Shown here: positions 37,132 through 51,900 of the stretch, piece by piece
Numbering within the stretch: the first letter of the stretch is position 1
Layout: each line of letters begins with the position of its first letter
Source of the DNA: Eledone cirrhosa
Lineage: Eukaryota
Direction of reading: 5' to 3'
DNA: 64,000 bases
Assembly: GCA_964016885.1 (NCBI GenBank)
Contig: OZ024743.1
Location: 283,340,001 to 283,404,000 of the forward strand
The notes under the pieces: model-generated
The model's input: only the letters and a program-made list of their open reading frames with translations
Told to the model about the DNA's origin: nothing
Database searches by the model: none
Translations under genes and position numbers: made by a program

Positions 37132-37658
37132 CTAGCAGTAAAGCCCGGCGTTGCTCGGGGTCGCTCAGTAGCTGTGTTAAAGTTACAATGTTAAGTTTCT
37201 TTTTTGGCTTAAAAACTGTAGTGTCTACTGTGCAGACTTGCATGTGGTGTTTTTGATTAATATTCCCTCAACCAACAATATGCCTTATGAAGTTAAGAAA
37301 ACATAACGATAACCCGAATGTTATAACAAAAGAGGATGCTGGGGATAAAAACTGCACTGGTTATTTATTAACAAAGATCGAAAATGTAAATACTGCAACG
37401 CATAGAAAAACAACGTAAGACGCTCAATGTAAACAGAACAAAGGGAAATAACTCGTCACTTACGCTCAAAAATCGATACATTAGATTCGATTTCGTCACA
37501 TAGGGTGGGTCAATTTGAAATATTTTTTTTCCGATGTCTTCGCTAGGGCTCAATGTACAAGTATAGCAATTTCGGTGCAATTCCGTCAGAGATTCTAAGA
37601 GGAGATGTGTGCCAAAAATCGATAGACAGACAGACAACCACAGCTTTATATATATAGA
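37132..37658 (-). mobile_element. Non-autonomous Helitron
   Basis: Minus strand: A|TCTATATATATAAAG...CCCGAGCAACGCCGGGCTTTACTGCTAG|T. Confidence 0.9.
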
Positions 37659-37912
37659 TTAATAAATTTTCATTAAAAATGTTTTATTTTCAACAGTGTA
37701 ATAGTAGAAGTATAGTACAGTGCTAAAATTCTTCATAGGGAGCAGCGTTGTCCACCAATGTTTGTTGTAATTGTCTAGGTATATCCTTGACTGACTTCAT
37801 CAAGAACTCAGGTAGTATGTTAGTCAGTACATGACAATTGTCTTCCAACTCAGAGTTTGGGGTTTTGAGCTATAAACTTCTTGCTTCACCCCCACAAGAA
37901 AAGAATACAAGG

Positions 37913-38130
37913 CCCTTTTGCATTTAAACCAGCTGTATCCAGCCAGAATTCTCTCACCTCTTTCTGTTCAAACCAGCCGTAACTGGCCACTTATACTGAT
38001 GTTAAGGTATTGTTCTCAAAATAAATATCAAAATCCCTTAGATTTAATATTATGTGAGATAATTATATGAGATCAAGTGTTTACCATGAAAATATAATAG
38101 CAAATATAGAGTAATGTAAGTGCTAAAGGG
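37913..38130. mobile_element. TTAA MITE family A inserted in the mariner SPDL codons
   Basis: CCCTTTTGCATTT...TGCTAAAGGG|TTAA; the left TTAA is lost. Confidence 0.85.
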
Positions 38131-38863
38131 TTAAGTCAGGGCTTCTTGCTGGCCATTCATGTGGACCATGATGACCCAGCCAACATTCTGGAAATTGGAC
38201 ATCAAGCCACTCATAGACAGTGAGTGCAAAATGAGGAGGGGCCACATTTTGCATGAATATGAGGTCACAGATGTAGTCACAGTAGGCCAATAGTTATAAG
38301 TAATTTTCAATAGGGAGCTTCTTTCCTCCCACCCTGTACATACACATATGCATATACATGCACATAAACATAGACATATACATATAGATACATGTACACA
38401 TAGACATATACATATATGCATGTAGCCATGCTAGCGTGGAAAATAGACGTTAAACGATGATGATGATACAAATGTACTTAGTTATACTTATACATACACA
38501 TATAAAAATGTACTTAGCCATCATACACTTACACATATAAAAATGTACTTAGCTATACATACACATATCCATACAAGCACAAACACATAAAAATGCACTT
38601 AGCTATACATACACATACAGATAGATATATCTATGCAAGCACAACACATAAAAATGTACTTATACATACATATACACAGACATATATACATTTCCATACA
38701 AGCACAAACACATATAAATGTACTTACCTATATATACACATACACTGATATATATATATGTGTGTGTGTGTGTATGTAAAAGGTAAACAGAACTAACAAC
38801 ACAATCAGTACAGTATATGGAAGGAATATATTAGGCTAATGCTTGAAATAGCAGACAGAGGGT

Positions 38864-38897
38864 CTTAACGTTTCGGACGCTAGTCCTTCATCAGAAG
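38864..38897 (-). ncRNA. Minimal PLE-type hammerhead motif
   Basis: Minus strand: CTT-CTGATGA-A GGAC TAGC GTCC-GAA-ACGT-T-AAG; palindromic stem III ACGT; 3-bp stem I. Confidence 0.75.
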
Positions 38898-39113
38898 TAA
38901 GAATGAGAAATAAGATAGATTGAAGGGACAGGCAGGGTGGAATTGGAAAAAATGTCTTTAGATAAAAATAACAGGTCCATTCATGTTGATATCTCTTATA
39001 TATATATATATAGTATAGGGATTGTAATGTCAAATTACTGTTGGTTCGCCAAAGTGAGCACTCGATGCGTAATCTCCAGTATATACTTTGGGATGCATGT
39101 ATTTTCATATATA

Positions 39114-39148
<35 letters not shown>

Positions 39149-40104
39149 ATACATACACACACAAATACAGAGAAACATGCAAATAACAGAGCCTCTAAAT
39201 GGTTGCACAATCTACTAGAATTAGCAGACAAATCTGCCTCAAATTGCAGCCAACCATCTTAACGCATTTGATACCACCCTGTCCCAAACAACCCTTGGTT
39301 CTATGAATGAAAACCACCCATTTCAAAAGGTTCCTACTTAAATTTAAATCTCTAAACATAATTATATATAAGAATATTTTGTTGAGTTACAATCTTAATA
39401 CTGAAATAATTAATAATTTTAGTCAATCTCTTCAAATTTTCCCTTAATTAATTGAATAGAGTGTATTCCATTAGAAATATTATCATAAATAAAGGGAGGT
39501 ACTTCAAATAATTGTTTCTACTTTTGGCACAAGGCCAGCAACTACCCAGTGTATTACTGGTACTTTATTTTATCGACCCCGTAAGGATGAAAGGCAAAGT
39601 TAACCTTGGCGCAGCCTTATATAGCCCTAAAAAACAGGATGGTCATGACCATTCCAATCATGTTTCATAGGTGTACCCAATCAAGAATGACCTAGGGTTA
39701 AACAACAACAACAATTGCAACAAGGCCACACCCAATATATTCCCCAACCATATTTCTATTATTCATCTATTATATACTTTCTAAATATATATTCCAGTTC
39801 TATATTTATATTTCAATTTCATTCTTCTGTTTTCCTTCTCCTTACTTCTCATATATCTTCAAAACCCTTTTCAGAAATGTTTTAAATTCTATTTAATTTT
39901 ATTTGCTTTGTTCATTTTCACCATCTATTTACACTTGCATATATACACACCAACATATATGCAAACACATGCATATATATATATATATATACACACACAC
40001 ATGTGCTCACACACACACACATATGAACACATACGGACGTGCACACACACGCATATATTTTTGCTTATAAATAAAATTATCTATTTATGACTATATGAGC
40101 TTAA

Positions 40105-40318
40105 CGCTTTAGCATTTAAACTGGACCTATCCGGCCAGAATTCTCTCACCTGTTCAAACTGGCTGTAACTGGCCACTCATTCTATGTTAAGGTATTGTTC
40201 CCAAAATAAATAATATCAAAATCTCATAGATTTGTTATTATGTGAGATTATTATGTAAAGTAAAGTCTTTACAGTGAAAATACAATATTATATATAGAGT
40301 AATGTAAATGCTAATGGG
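40105..40318. mobile_element. TTAA MITE family A
   Basis: TTAA|CGCTTTAGCATTTA...TAAATGCTAATGGG|TTAA. Confidence 0.85.
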
Positions 40319-41076
40319 TTAAATATAGACGTCTATATATATATATATATACATACACACACACATACATACAAACATACACATACCTGCACAGAAACAG
40401 ACACATGCACACACACATATGCATACTCACTCATACACACACACATATATATATATATTGTGTTAGGTTGCACTTGAGCACTGTTGGTAACATGTATCCT
40501 GTACAAACTGTTACATTGTTGGGTATTTATTGTTTAAGTCGACAGCCTCCCAATCCTGCTTTGTGTGGAAGAGTATTTTGAACACCTTGCATGATGAAAA
40601 AAAAAATTCACAGAGAAATTCATGAAGAACAGAGAAATTCATGAAGGACAGAGAAATTCATGAAGTCAACAGCCCTCTACCGGTGTATATATATATATAT
40701 AATAATAATTGTTTCTACTTTTGGCACAAGGCCACCAATTATCCCAGTGTATTACTGGTACTTTATTTTATCAACCCCGTAAGGATGAAAGGCAAAGTTA
40801 ACCTCAGCGAGATTTGAACTCAGACCATAATGGGCCGTAACTCTTTGGCGTCCAACCCCCTACCGATACTGTCAATCCACCATCCATTATATATTGGCAG
40901 TATCGGTAGAGGGTCAGGCGCCATGCTTTGAAGCATAGAGTTACCTCCATTTATGATCTGAGTTCAAATCCCGCCGAGGTTAACTTTGCCTTTCATCCTT
41001 ACGGGGTCGATAAAATAAAGTACCAGTAATGCACTGATATAATTAATGGCCTGGTGCCAAAAGTAGAAACAATTAT

Positions 41077-43868
41077 AATAATAATAAATAATGAAATTAT
41101 TGTGTAAAGTGCTCAGGTGCACTACAACTCGTCAAAGGTGTATGTATAGTACATAGAATAATACACAAATGTCAGGGAAGTGAACAGTGTCATGGTATAC
41201 ATGTGTGTATGTGTATGGAGGGGGAACATTAGCTGTAGTGTTGGCGGATCTCGGGAAGCATGGAGGCCTTAAAGGATGCAGTGTCTCGACAGCTAACAAC
41301 TGATGAAGGTAGTTTGTTCCATGCTTCAGCAACTCTGAGCGTGAAAAATGTTTCCGAAAGTCATGGGAACTGTGCTGTTTTCTGACTTTGTGGGCATGTC
41401 CACGTGTGTTAGACACATGGAAATCAAAAAGGTACTCAGAGTTGTTGTTGGCAACATGGTTAACAATTTTGTGGGTGTTTACCAAATCAGTTGCCAGGCG
41501 TCGGAGCTTCAATGTATCCATGCCCAGGGAAGCAAGGCGCTCAGAGTATGGTAGATGCCTGATGGAGGGTATTCGCTTGGTTGCACGTCTCTGAACAGTT
41601 TCCAGGTGGTCAATGTTCTGAGCAAGATAGGTGTTCCAGACTGGTGATGCAAATTCTAAGTGTAGTCACACCATACCCATGTACAGCCTTAAATAGATAT
41701 CTGGAGAGCGGCTGACAAAGGTCTTGCTGAGTGATGCTAAGACACCCTCGGCCCTCTTGACAATTTTAGAGACGTGCTTTGTCCAACGCAAATCGCTGCT
41801 GACCGTAATGCCCAGGTCACGTTCACAAGAAGACTTCTTGATATTAGTGCTGTGGAGGGAGTATGTGGACGTTGGGTTTTTACTCCCAAAATGCATGGTG
41901 GTGCACTTGTCCACAGCTAGCTTGAGTTGCCAGTCTGAGATCCATTGTTGCATTGTGTCCAGGTCAGACTGCAAGCAAGATCTATAGTGTTCAGGATCTG
42001 TCCTTTTTATCTCAAGGTACAGCTTGATGTCGTCTGCATGCTTTAGTACCGTGGCATTCTTTAAGTTGGCATCTATGTCATTAATATATGCCACAAACAA
42101 AAGGGGCCCAAGAACAGATCCCTGTGGTACACCAGATGACATCTCATATGGTGAGGAATGCTGTCCCAGAACCGTGACTACCTCTCTTCGACTGAGAATG
42201 AAGGACTTCAACCAGTTAAAAAGATCATCCTTCACACCCATTGCAAAGAGTTTTACCATAAGCCTTTTGTGTGGCACAGAATTGAAGGCTTTCGCAAAGT
42301 CAAGGTAAACAACATCCACCCATGAGCCGCCATCATTTGGGGATAAATCCAAATTACGAGGGCTGGATAAGACTGTGAGAGCTCCAGAAGTTCCAAAGTG
42401 TTTCTCTGACACAGGATTCCATCAGTTTGGCGATGCAACTAGTAAGACTGACTGGACGATAGTTCACAGGTGATGTGCGGTCACCCTTTTTGAACAGAGG
42501 AATGACACTGGCAATTTTCCACTGTTCTGGAGTAGCACTGCTGTTCAGACAGAATTGGAAGAAGCGTGATAACTGGTGCAGAAGGAAGTACCCACCACGT
42601 TTAAGAAGCAGGTACGTAACACCATCAAGACCAGGAGAGGCATGGTTGCATTTATTTTTTAGGTGACGTCGCAGCATTGCAGGTGTAAATTCCATGGTTG
42701 TAATAGAGTCTGGTGTCATAGGTGGTGGAGATGGTACACTCTGGTCTTCAATAGTGAAAATGCCTGCATAGCATTCAGCAATGAGCTCTGCGCATTCCTT
42801 GGGGTCATCAGTAACCTGGCTTGTGTGGGGATTGCGAAGAGGACCAACTGGAGAGAGAGGCCTCTGCTTTGAGTGAACATACTTCCAGAACACCTTACTG
42901 TTAGGGCTGGTTGCTATGCGCTGCTCAAATTGAAGCACTGCCTTTTTTGTCACCTGTTTGAGGTGGTTGGACGATCTATTTCGCCTCTTCCTATTAATGT
43001 CTGATTTGTGAAGTTTGTACTCACGTTCATTTGCGGCATTCTTTTCTGGCAAGACGAACTGCTGCAGTCTCCCAAATTGCACTTTTGTGATGTTTTTTCC
43101 GCTTACGTGGCACCGATGCTGCACATGCTGTCCATATTGAGCTCAGGATGTTCTGGAGTACAGTGTTGACATCTCCAGAGTCGTAAAACTCAAGCCAGTT
43201 TGGCTGTTGCAACTCGGTGCAGTAACAGTTCCAGTCTGCTTTATTCCAGTCAAAGTGAGCATCTTGGAGATGGTTGTGGTTCTTGTTACTGCCCATGAGG
43301 GATAGATTGGCAATGATCATAGGATGATCAGAGTCACCTAAAGATTCCTCAGCAGTAACACTAATGACCATTTCAGGAGTAGTGGTGAAGAGTAGGTCCA
43401 AAGTGTTGTCACCTCTTGTTGGGGAGGTGACCACCTGGGACCAACTCGAGTCCAGCACTAGCTCAAGGAAGTCATTTGCACTTGGCGGCCAACGAAAGGT
43501 TTCCCGGTCAATCTCAGGGTGATTGAAGTCTGCTGCAATGAAAACATAAGTGGCTGTCTTCCTGGCAGCAGCTCTGAGGATATCACAAAGTTGAGTGTCC
43601 TGATGGTAATTTGGGGGATGGTAAACGACTCCAAGTAGCAGTGTTGACATGGTCATATGTATATCGCAGAAAAAAACTTCCTGCTGTGATTGGTTCAAAT
43701 CAGCACAAGGAATTGCCGACAGATTTGACCGAACGTAGACCATTACACCACCACCACCACGATTAATGCGGTCTTTACGAAACAGGTTGTAGCTAGTTAT
43801 GCTGAAAACCCCATCACAGAGTAAGGGATGTGCCCAAGTTTCCGTGATTGTAATGAAGTCAGGGTTGA
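41077..43868 (-). mobile_element. CR1-clade LINE ORF2 (APE endonuclease and RT), 5'-truncated and disrupted
   Basis: APE motifs ITETW, RKDR..GGGV, ADFNHP, PTRGDNTLDL and LGDSDH. RT motifs NYRPVSLTS, YLDFAKAF, SGVPQGSVLGPLLF, HADD and ERDLG. Frameshifts and a deletion near 42335; (ATT)n tail. Confidence 0.93.
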
Positions 43869-45043
43869 TACTTTTGAGTCAAAAAGATGAATCTTATTGC
43901 ATAGATTACGTGCATTCAAGGACAACAATTTGTACCTTGATTCCAGTCTATGATTATGTGCAGGGGATGGCAGGTTGTTCTGATTTAGTTTCCCAGAGTT
44001 TTTTCAGTTTCTTTATTGTCAGTTGTTGTGGGTACAGTGTTTTCAGACCAGCTGGTGTCTCTTTTCCATGTTTCGCCAGCCTTAACAAACTTCCATATCT
44101 GCCCATCATCTCGTAGGCTGAAGCTTTCAATTATATATATATATATAATTGTTTCTACTTTTGGCACAAGGCCAGCAATGACCCAGTGTACTGGTACTTT
44201 ATTTTATCGACCTCGTAAGGATGAAAGGCGGCATTTGAACTCAGAATGGCAAGGGCCGTAACTCTATGCGATAAAGCATGGCGTCCCGCCCTCTGTCGAT
44301 ACTGCCAATCCACAATACATTATGATCATAAGTCCAACACCCTTACCACTAGGCCATGCATCTACAGTACTGGGTTGATTCTTCCTCTATGCCTCTCTCA
44401 CACTTCTTCATCATTTTTTCTTTCCTCTCTTGGAAGAAATCAGCTGTGATTAGACCTAGAGAGTGAATGTGTTCTACTAGGTTTAAAATGTCTCTGCAAT
44501 GCCACTAGGACTCCATCAAGAGTCGCAGGTCCATATATACATACATTACACACATTGCATATCCAGTAGAGCATACTTAATTTTTTCTGGCCTTTCTACA
44601 TCCTCCACATTCAAAAATATATGTCTCCCTACTCTGCAATATCTCACTTTGTACACAAGCATCAGGCATCCATCTTTCACTCAAAGAATCTCCTTATTGC
44701 TACCAGAGGTAATAACTCCTTAAATTTTTTTTACATCTTTTTCTTCCTCTCGCTCCTATGCTTTCCAAACACCTATCTTTTCTATCAATTAGGTCACCTA
44801 GATAACAGAATCTATCAACTACTTCAAGGAAGCCTTCCAAGCATTTGAAAGAATTTATTTTAAGGGGGATTTTATGGCTATGTACTTCTATACATAAGTA
44901 TATTTACACACACACACACATACACATATGTATACACAATTATACATTTATATATAATTTTACATGTATTCATATTAAGTATCCACATACAAACACATTT
45001 ATATATTTTTAATACATGTATTCATCCCCTCCCACATACGCAA

Positions 45044-45074
<31 letters not shown>

Positions 45075-45161
45075 CATATATATCATCATCATCATCATCA
45101 TCAGGTTTAGCGTCCGTGTTCCACGCTTGCATGGGTTTGGATATATATATATATATCTATA

Positions 45162-45217
<56 letters not shown>

Positions 45218-45569
45218 TTTATATACATATATTTATACATATCTATATACATAAATATATATATACATATACATATATATATATATAGATATAGATATAT
45301 AGATATATATATACATACACATAAACTCACACATATATATATATACATATATATATTCATATATATATATACATATATATACACATGTATATATACATAC
45401 ATATATATATCCATATCCACCAATATATAACATTTTCCAATACTTCACAATATATTTCATCACATTTTCCCCTTGTCTTATTCCACTAACTTCCTTTAAA
45501 CTATCCGCCTCCTTCATTACATCTCAACATTTATTTTTCTTCTTCTCTTTCCTCCTTATTTTATCTTCC

Positions 45570-45676
45570 TTTCTTCTTCTTCTTCTTCTTCTTCTTCTTC
45601 TTCTTCTTCTTCTTCTTCTTCTTCTTCTTCTTCTTCTTCTTCTTCTTCTTCTTCTTCTTCTTCTTCGTCTTCTTCT
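45570..45676. repeat. (TTC)n microsatellite
   Basis: Direct reading. Confidence 0.95.
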
Positions 45677-45923
45677 CTACATTTCCATTCTTAATTAACA
45701 TCTCTACCATTTCTTCTAAAAAAGATGTTTCCAGGAATTAACCTTTACCTTGTTTTCCTTCTGACAACTCACAATATCATCAACACCACCGTCTCCACCA
45801 CCACTACCATCGCCACTATCACCACCAGCAACACCAACATTACTGCCACCACCATTACCACCACTTCACCAACACCACCATCTCCACCACCACCATCACC
45901 ACTACTACTTCACCAGCACTACT

Positions 45924-48900
45924 AACACCACCACCAACACCACCACCACCACCACCAGCACCACCAGCACCACCAACACCACCAACACCGCCAGCACCAC
46001 CAACACCACCAACACCACCACCACCACCACCAGCACCACCAACACCACCAACACCACCAACACCACCAGTACCACCAGCACCATCAGCACCACCAGCACC
46101 ACCAGCACCACCAGCACCACCAGCACCACCAACACCACTAACACCACCAATACCACCAACACCACCAACACCACCAGCACCACCAGCACACCAGCACCAC
46201 CAGCACCACCAGCACCACCAGCACCACCAACACCACCAACACCACCAACACCACCAGCACCACCAACACCACCAACACCACCAGCACCATCAGCACCACC
46301 AACACCACCAACACCACCAGCACCACCAACACCACCAACACCACCAACACCACCAACACCACCAACACCACCAACACCACCAACACCATCAACACCATCA
46401 ACACCACCAGCACCACCAGCACCACCAACACCACCAACACCACCAACACCACCAGCACCACCAACACCACCAACACCACCAGCACCATCAGCACCACCAA
46501 CACCAACAACACCACCAGCACCAGCACCACCAACACCACCAGCACCACCAGCACCACCAACACCACCAACACCACCAGCACCACCAGCACCACCAACACC
46601 ACCAACACCACCAGCACCAGCACCACCAACACCACCAGCACCACCAACACCACCAACACCACCAGCACCATCAGCACCACCAACACCACCAACACCACCA
46701 GCACCACCAACACCACCAACACCACCAACACCACCAACACCACCAACACCACCAACACCACCAACACCATCAACACCATCAACACCACCAGCACCACCAG
46801 CAACACCAACACCACCAACACCACCAACACCACCAGCACCACCAACACCACCAACACCACCAGCACCATCAGCACCACCAACACCACCAACACCACCAGC
46901 ACCAGCACCACCAACACCACCAGCACCACCAGCACCACCAACACCACCAACAGCACCAGCACCACCAGCACCACCAACACCACCAACACCACCAGCACCA
47001 GCACCACCAACACCACCAGCACCACCAACACCACCAACACCACCAGCACCATCAGCACCACCAACACCACCAACACCACCAGCACCAGCACCACCAACAC
47101 CACCAACACCACCAACACCACCAACACCACCAGCACCACCAACACCACCAACACCACCAGCACCACCAACACCACCAACACCACCAGCACCAGCACCACC
47201 AACACCACCAGCACCACCAACACCACCAACACCACCAGCACCATCAGCACCACCAACACCACCAACACCACCAACACCACCAACACCACCAGCACCACCA
47301 GCACCACCAACACCACCAACACCACCAGCACCATCAGCACCACCAACACCACCAACACCACCAACACCACCAGCACCACCAACACCACCAACACCACCAG
47401 CACCATCAGCACCACCAACACCACCAACACCACCAACACCACCAGCACCACCAGCACCACCAACACCACCAACACCACCAGCACCAGCACCACCAGCACC
47501 ACCAACACCACCAACACCACCAACACCACCAACACCACCAACACCACCAGCACCACCAGCACCACCAACACCACCAACACCACCAGCACCAGCACCACCA
47601 ACACCACCAGCACCACCAACACCACCAACACCACCAGCACCATCAGCACCACCAACACCACCAACACCACCAGCACCAGCACCACCAACACCACCAACAC
47701 CACCAACACCACCAACACCACCAGCACCACCAACACCACCAACACCACCAGCACCACCAACACCATCAACACCACCAGCACCAGCACCACCAACACCAGC
47801 AGCACCACCAACACCACCAACACCACCAGCACCATCAGCACCACCAACACCACCAACACCACCAACACCACCAACACCACCAGCACCACCAGCACCACCA
47901 ACACCACCAACACCACCAGCACCATCAGCACCACCAACACCACCAACACCACCAACACCACCAGCACCACCAACACCACCAACACCACCAGCACCATCAG
48001 CACCACCAACACCACCAACACCACCAACACCACCAGCACCACCAGCACCACCAACACCACCAACACCACCAGCACCAGCACCACCAGCACCACCAACACC
48101 ACCAACACCACCAACACCACCAACACCACCAACACCACCAGCACCACCAGCACCACCAACACCACCAACACCACCAGCACCAGCACCACCAACACCACCA
48201 GCACCACCAACACCACCAACACCACCAGCACCATCAGCACCACCAACACCACCAACACCACCAGCACCAGCACCACCAGCACCACCAACACCACCAACAC
48301 CACCAACACCACCAACACCACCAACACCACCAGCACCACCAACACCACCAACACCACTAGCACCAGCACCATCAACACCACCAACACCACCAGCACCAGC
48401 ACCATCAACACCACCAGCACCACCAGCACCATCAGCACCACCAACACCACCAACACCATCAACACCATCAACACCACCAACACCACTAGCACCACCAACA
48501 CCACCAGCACCACCAGCACCACCAACACCACCAACACCACCAACACCACCAACACCACCAACACCACCAGCACCACCAACACCACCAACACCACCAACAC
48601 CACCAGCACCACCAACACCACCAACACCACCAACACCACCAACACCACCAGCACCACCAACACCACCAACACCACCAACACCACCAGCACCACCAACACC
48701 ACCAACACCACCAACACCACCAGCACCACCAACACCACCAACACCACCAACACCACTAGCACCACCAGCACCACCAACACCACCAGCACCACCAGCACCA
48801 CCAAAACCACCAACACCACCAACACCACCAACACCACCAGCACCACCAACACCACCAGCACCAACAGCACCACCAACACCACCAACACCACCAACACCAC

Positions 48901-51900
48901 CAGCACCACCAACACCACCAACACCACCAACACCACCAGCACCACCAACACCACCAACACCACCAGCACCACCAGCACCACCAGCACCACCAACACCACC
49001 AACACCACCAACACCACCAGCACCACCAACACCACCAAAACCACCAACACCACCAACACCACCAGCACCACCAACACCACCAACACCACCAACACCACCA
49101 ACACCACCAGCACCACCAACACCACCAACACCACCAACACCACCAACACCACCAACACCACCAGCACCACCAGCACCACCAACACCACCAACACCACCAA
49201 CACCACCAACACCACCAGCACCACCAGCACCACCAGCACCACCAACACCACCAACACCACCAACACCACCAACACCACCAGCACCACCAACACCACCAAC
49301 ACCACCAACACCACCAACACCACCAGCACCACCAACACCACCAACACCACCAACACCACCAACACCACCAACACCACCAGCACCACCAGCACCACCAACA
49401 CCACCAACACCACCAACACCACCAACACCACCAGCACCACCAACACCACCAACACCACCAACACCACCAACACCACCAACACCACCAGCACCACCAGCAC
49501 CACCAACACCACCAACACCACCAACACCACCAACACCACCAACACCACCAGCACCACCAGCACCACCAACACCACCAACACCACCAGCACCACCAACACC
49601 ACCAACACCACCAACACCACCAACACCACCAACACCACCAACACCACCAGCACCACCAGCACCACCAACACCACCAACACCACCAACACCACCAGCACCA
49701 CCAACACCACCAACACCACCAACACCACCAACACCACCAGCACCACCAACACCACCAACACCACCAACACCACCAACACCACCAGCACCACCAACACCAC
49801 CAACACCACCAACACCACCAACACCACCAACACCACCAGCACCACCAGCACCACCAACACCACCAACACCACCAACACCACCAACACCACCAGCACCACC
49901 AACACCACCAACACCACCAACACCACCAACACCACCAGCACCACCAACACCACCAACACCACCAACACCACCAACACCACCAGCACCACCAACACCACCA
50001 ACACCACCAACACCACCAACACCACCAGCACCACCAACACCACCAACACCACCAACACCACCAGCACCACCAGCACCACCAGCACCACCAACACCACCAA
50101 CACCACCAACACCACCAGCACCACCAACACCACCAACACCACCAACACCACCAACACCACCAGCACCACCAACACCACCAACACCACCAACACCACCAAC
50201 ACCACCAGCACCACCAACACCACCAACACCACCAACACCACCAACACCACCAACACCACTAGCACCACCAGCACCACCAACACCACCAGCACCACCAGCA
50301 CCACCAACACCACCAACACCACCAACACCACCAACACCACCAGCACCACCAACACCACCAGCACCAACAGCACCACCAACACCACCAACACCACCAACAC
50401 CACCAGCACCACCAACACCACCAACACCACCAACACCACCAGCACCACCAACACCACCAACACCACCAACACCACCAGCACCACCAGCACCACCAGCACC
50501 ACCAACACCACCAACACCACCAACACCACCAGCACCACCAACACCACCAACACCACCAACACCACCAGCACCACCAGCACCACCAACACCACCAACACCA
50601 CCAACACCACTAGCACCACCAGCACCACCAGCACCACCAGTACCACCAGCACCACCAACACCACCAACACCAGCACCACCAGCACCACCAGCACCACCAA
50701 CACCACCAACACCACCAGCACCACCAGCACCACCAACACCACCAACACCATCAACACCACCAGCACCACCAGTACCACCAGCACCACCAACACCACCAAC
50801 ACCACCAGCACCAGCACCACCAACACCACCAACACCACCAGCACCAACAGTACCACCAGCACCACCAACACCACCAACACCACCAGCACCACCAACACCA
50901 CCAGCACCACCAACACCACCAGCACCACCAGCACCACCAACACCACCAACACCACCAACACCACCAGCACCACCAACACCACCAACACCACTAGCACCAC
51001 CAGCACCACCAGCACCACCAGCACCACCAACACCACCAACACCACCAACACCACCAGCACCACCAGCACCACCAACACCACCAACACCACCAACACCACC
51101 AACACCACCAACACCACCAACACCACCAGCACCACCAGCACCACCAGCACCACCAACACCACCAACACCACCAGCACCAACAGTACCACCAGCACCACCA
51201 ACACCACCAACACCACCAACGCCACCAACACCACTAGCACCACCAGCACCACCAACACCACCAGCACCACCAGCACCACCAGCACCACCAACACCACCAA
51301 CACCACCAACACCACTAGCACCACCAGCACCACCAACACCACCAGCACCACCAACACCACCAGCACCACCAGCACCACCAACACCACCAACACCACCAGC
51401 ACCACCAACACCACCAACACCACCAACACCACCAACACCACCAACACCACCAACACCACCAGCACCACCAACACCACCAACACCACCAACACCACCAACA
51501 CCACCAACACCACCAACACCACCAACACCACCAACACCACCAGCACCACCAACACCACCAACACCACCAACACCACCAACACCACCAGCACCACCAGCAC
51601 CACCAACACCACCAACACCACCAGCACCATCAGCACCACCAGCACCACTAGCACCACCAGCACCACCAGCACCACCAACACCACCAGCACCACCAGCACC
51701 ACCAACACCACCAACACCACCAGCACCACCAACACCACCAGCACCACCAGCACCACCAACACCACCAACACCACCAGCACCATCAGCACCACCAGCACCA
51801 CTAGCACCACCAGCACCACCAACACCACCAGCACCACTAGCACCACCAACACCACCAACACCACCAACACCACCAACACCACCAACACCACCAACACCAC

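Larger units (their letters stand above)
37077..38336 (-). mobile_element. Deleted Tc1/mariner-superfamily transposon hosting two insertions
   Basis: TA|CAGGGT..GGAAAGAA.TTCCCTATT / AATAGGGAG.TTCTTTCC..ACCCTG|TA TIRs. The transposase motif EWPARSPDL|..FLWG...VYSSKPQT on the minus strand is split by MITE-A. Confidence 0.85.

Noticed and set aside
40609-40665. Three ~20-bp direct repeats cagagaaattcatgaag
   Set aside because: A simple local tandem duplication with no further structure.
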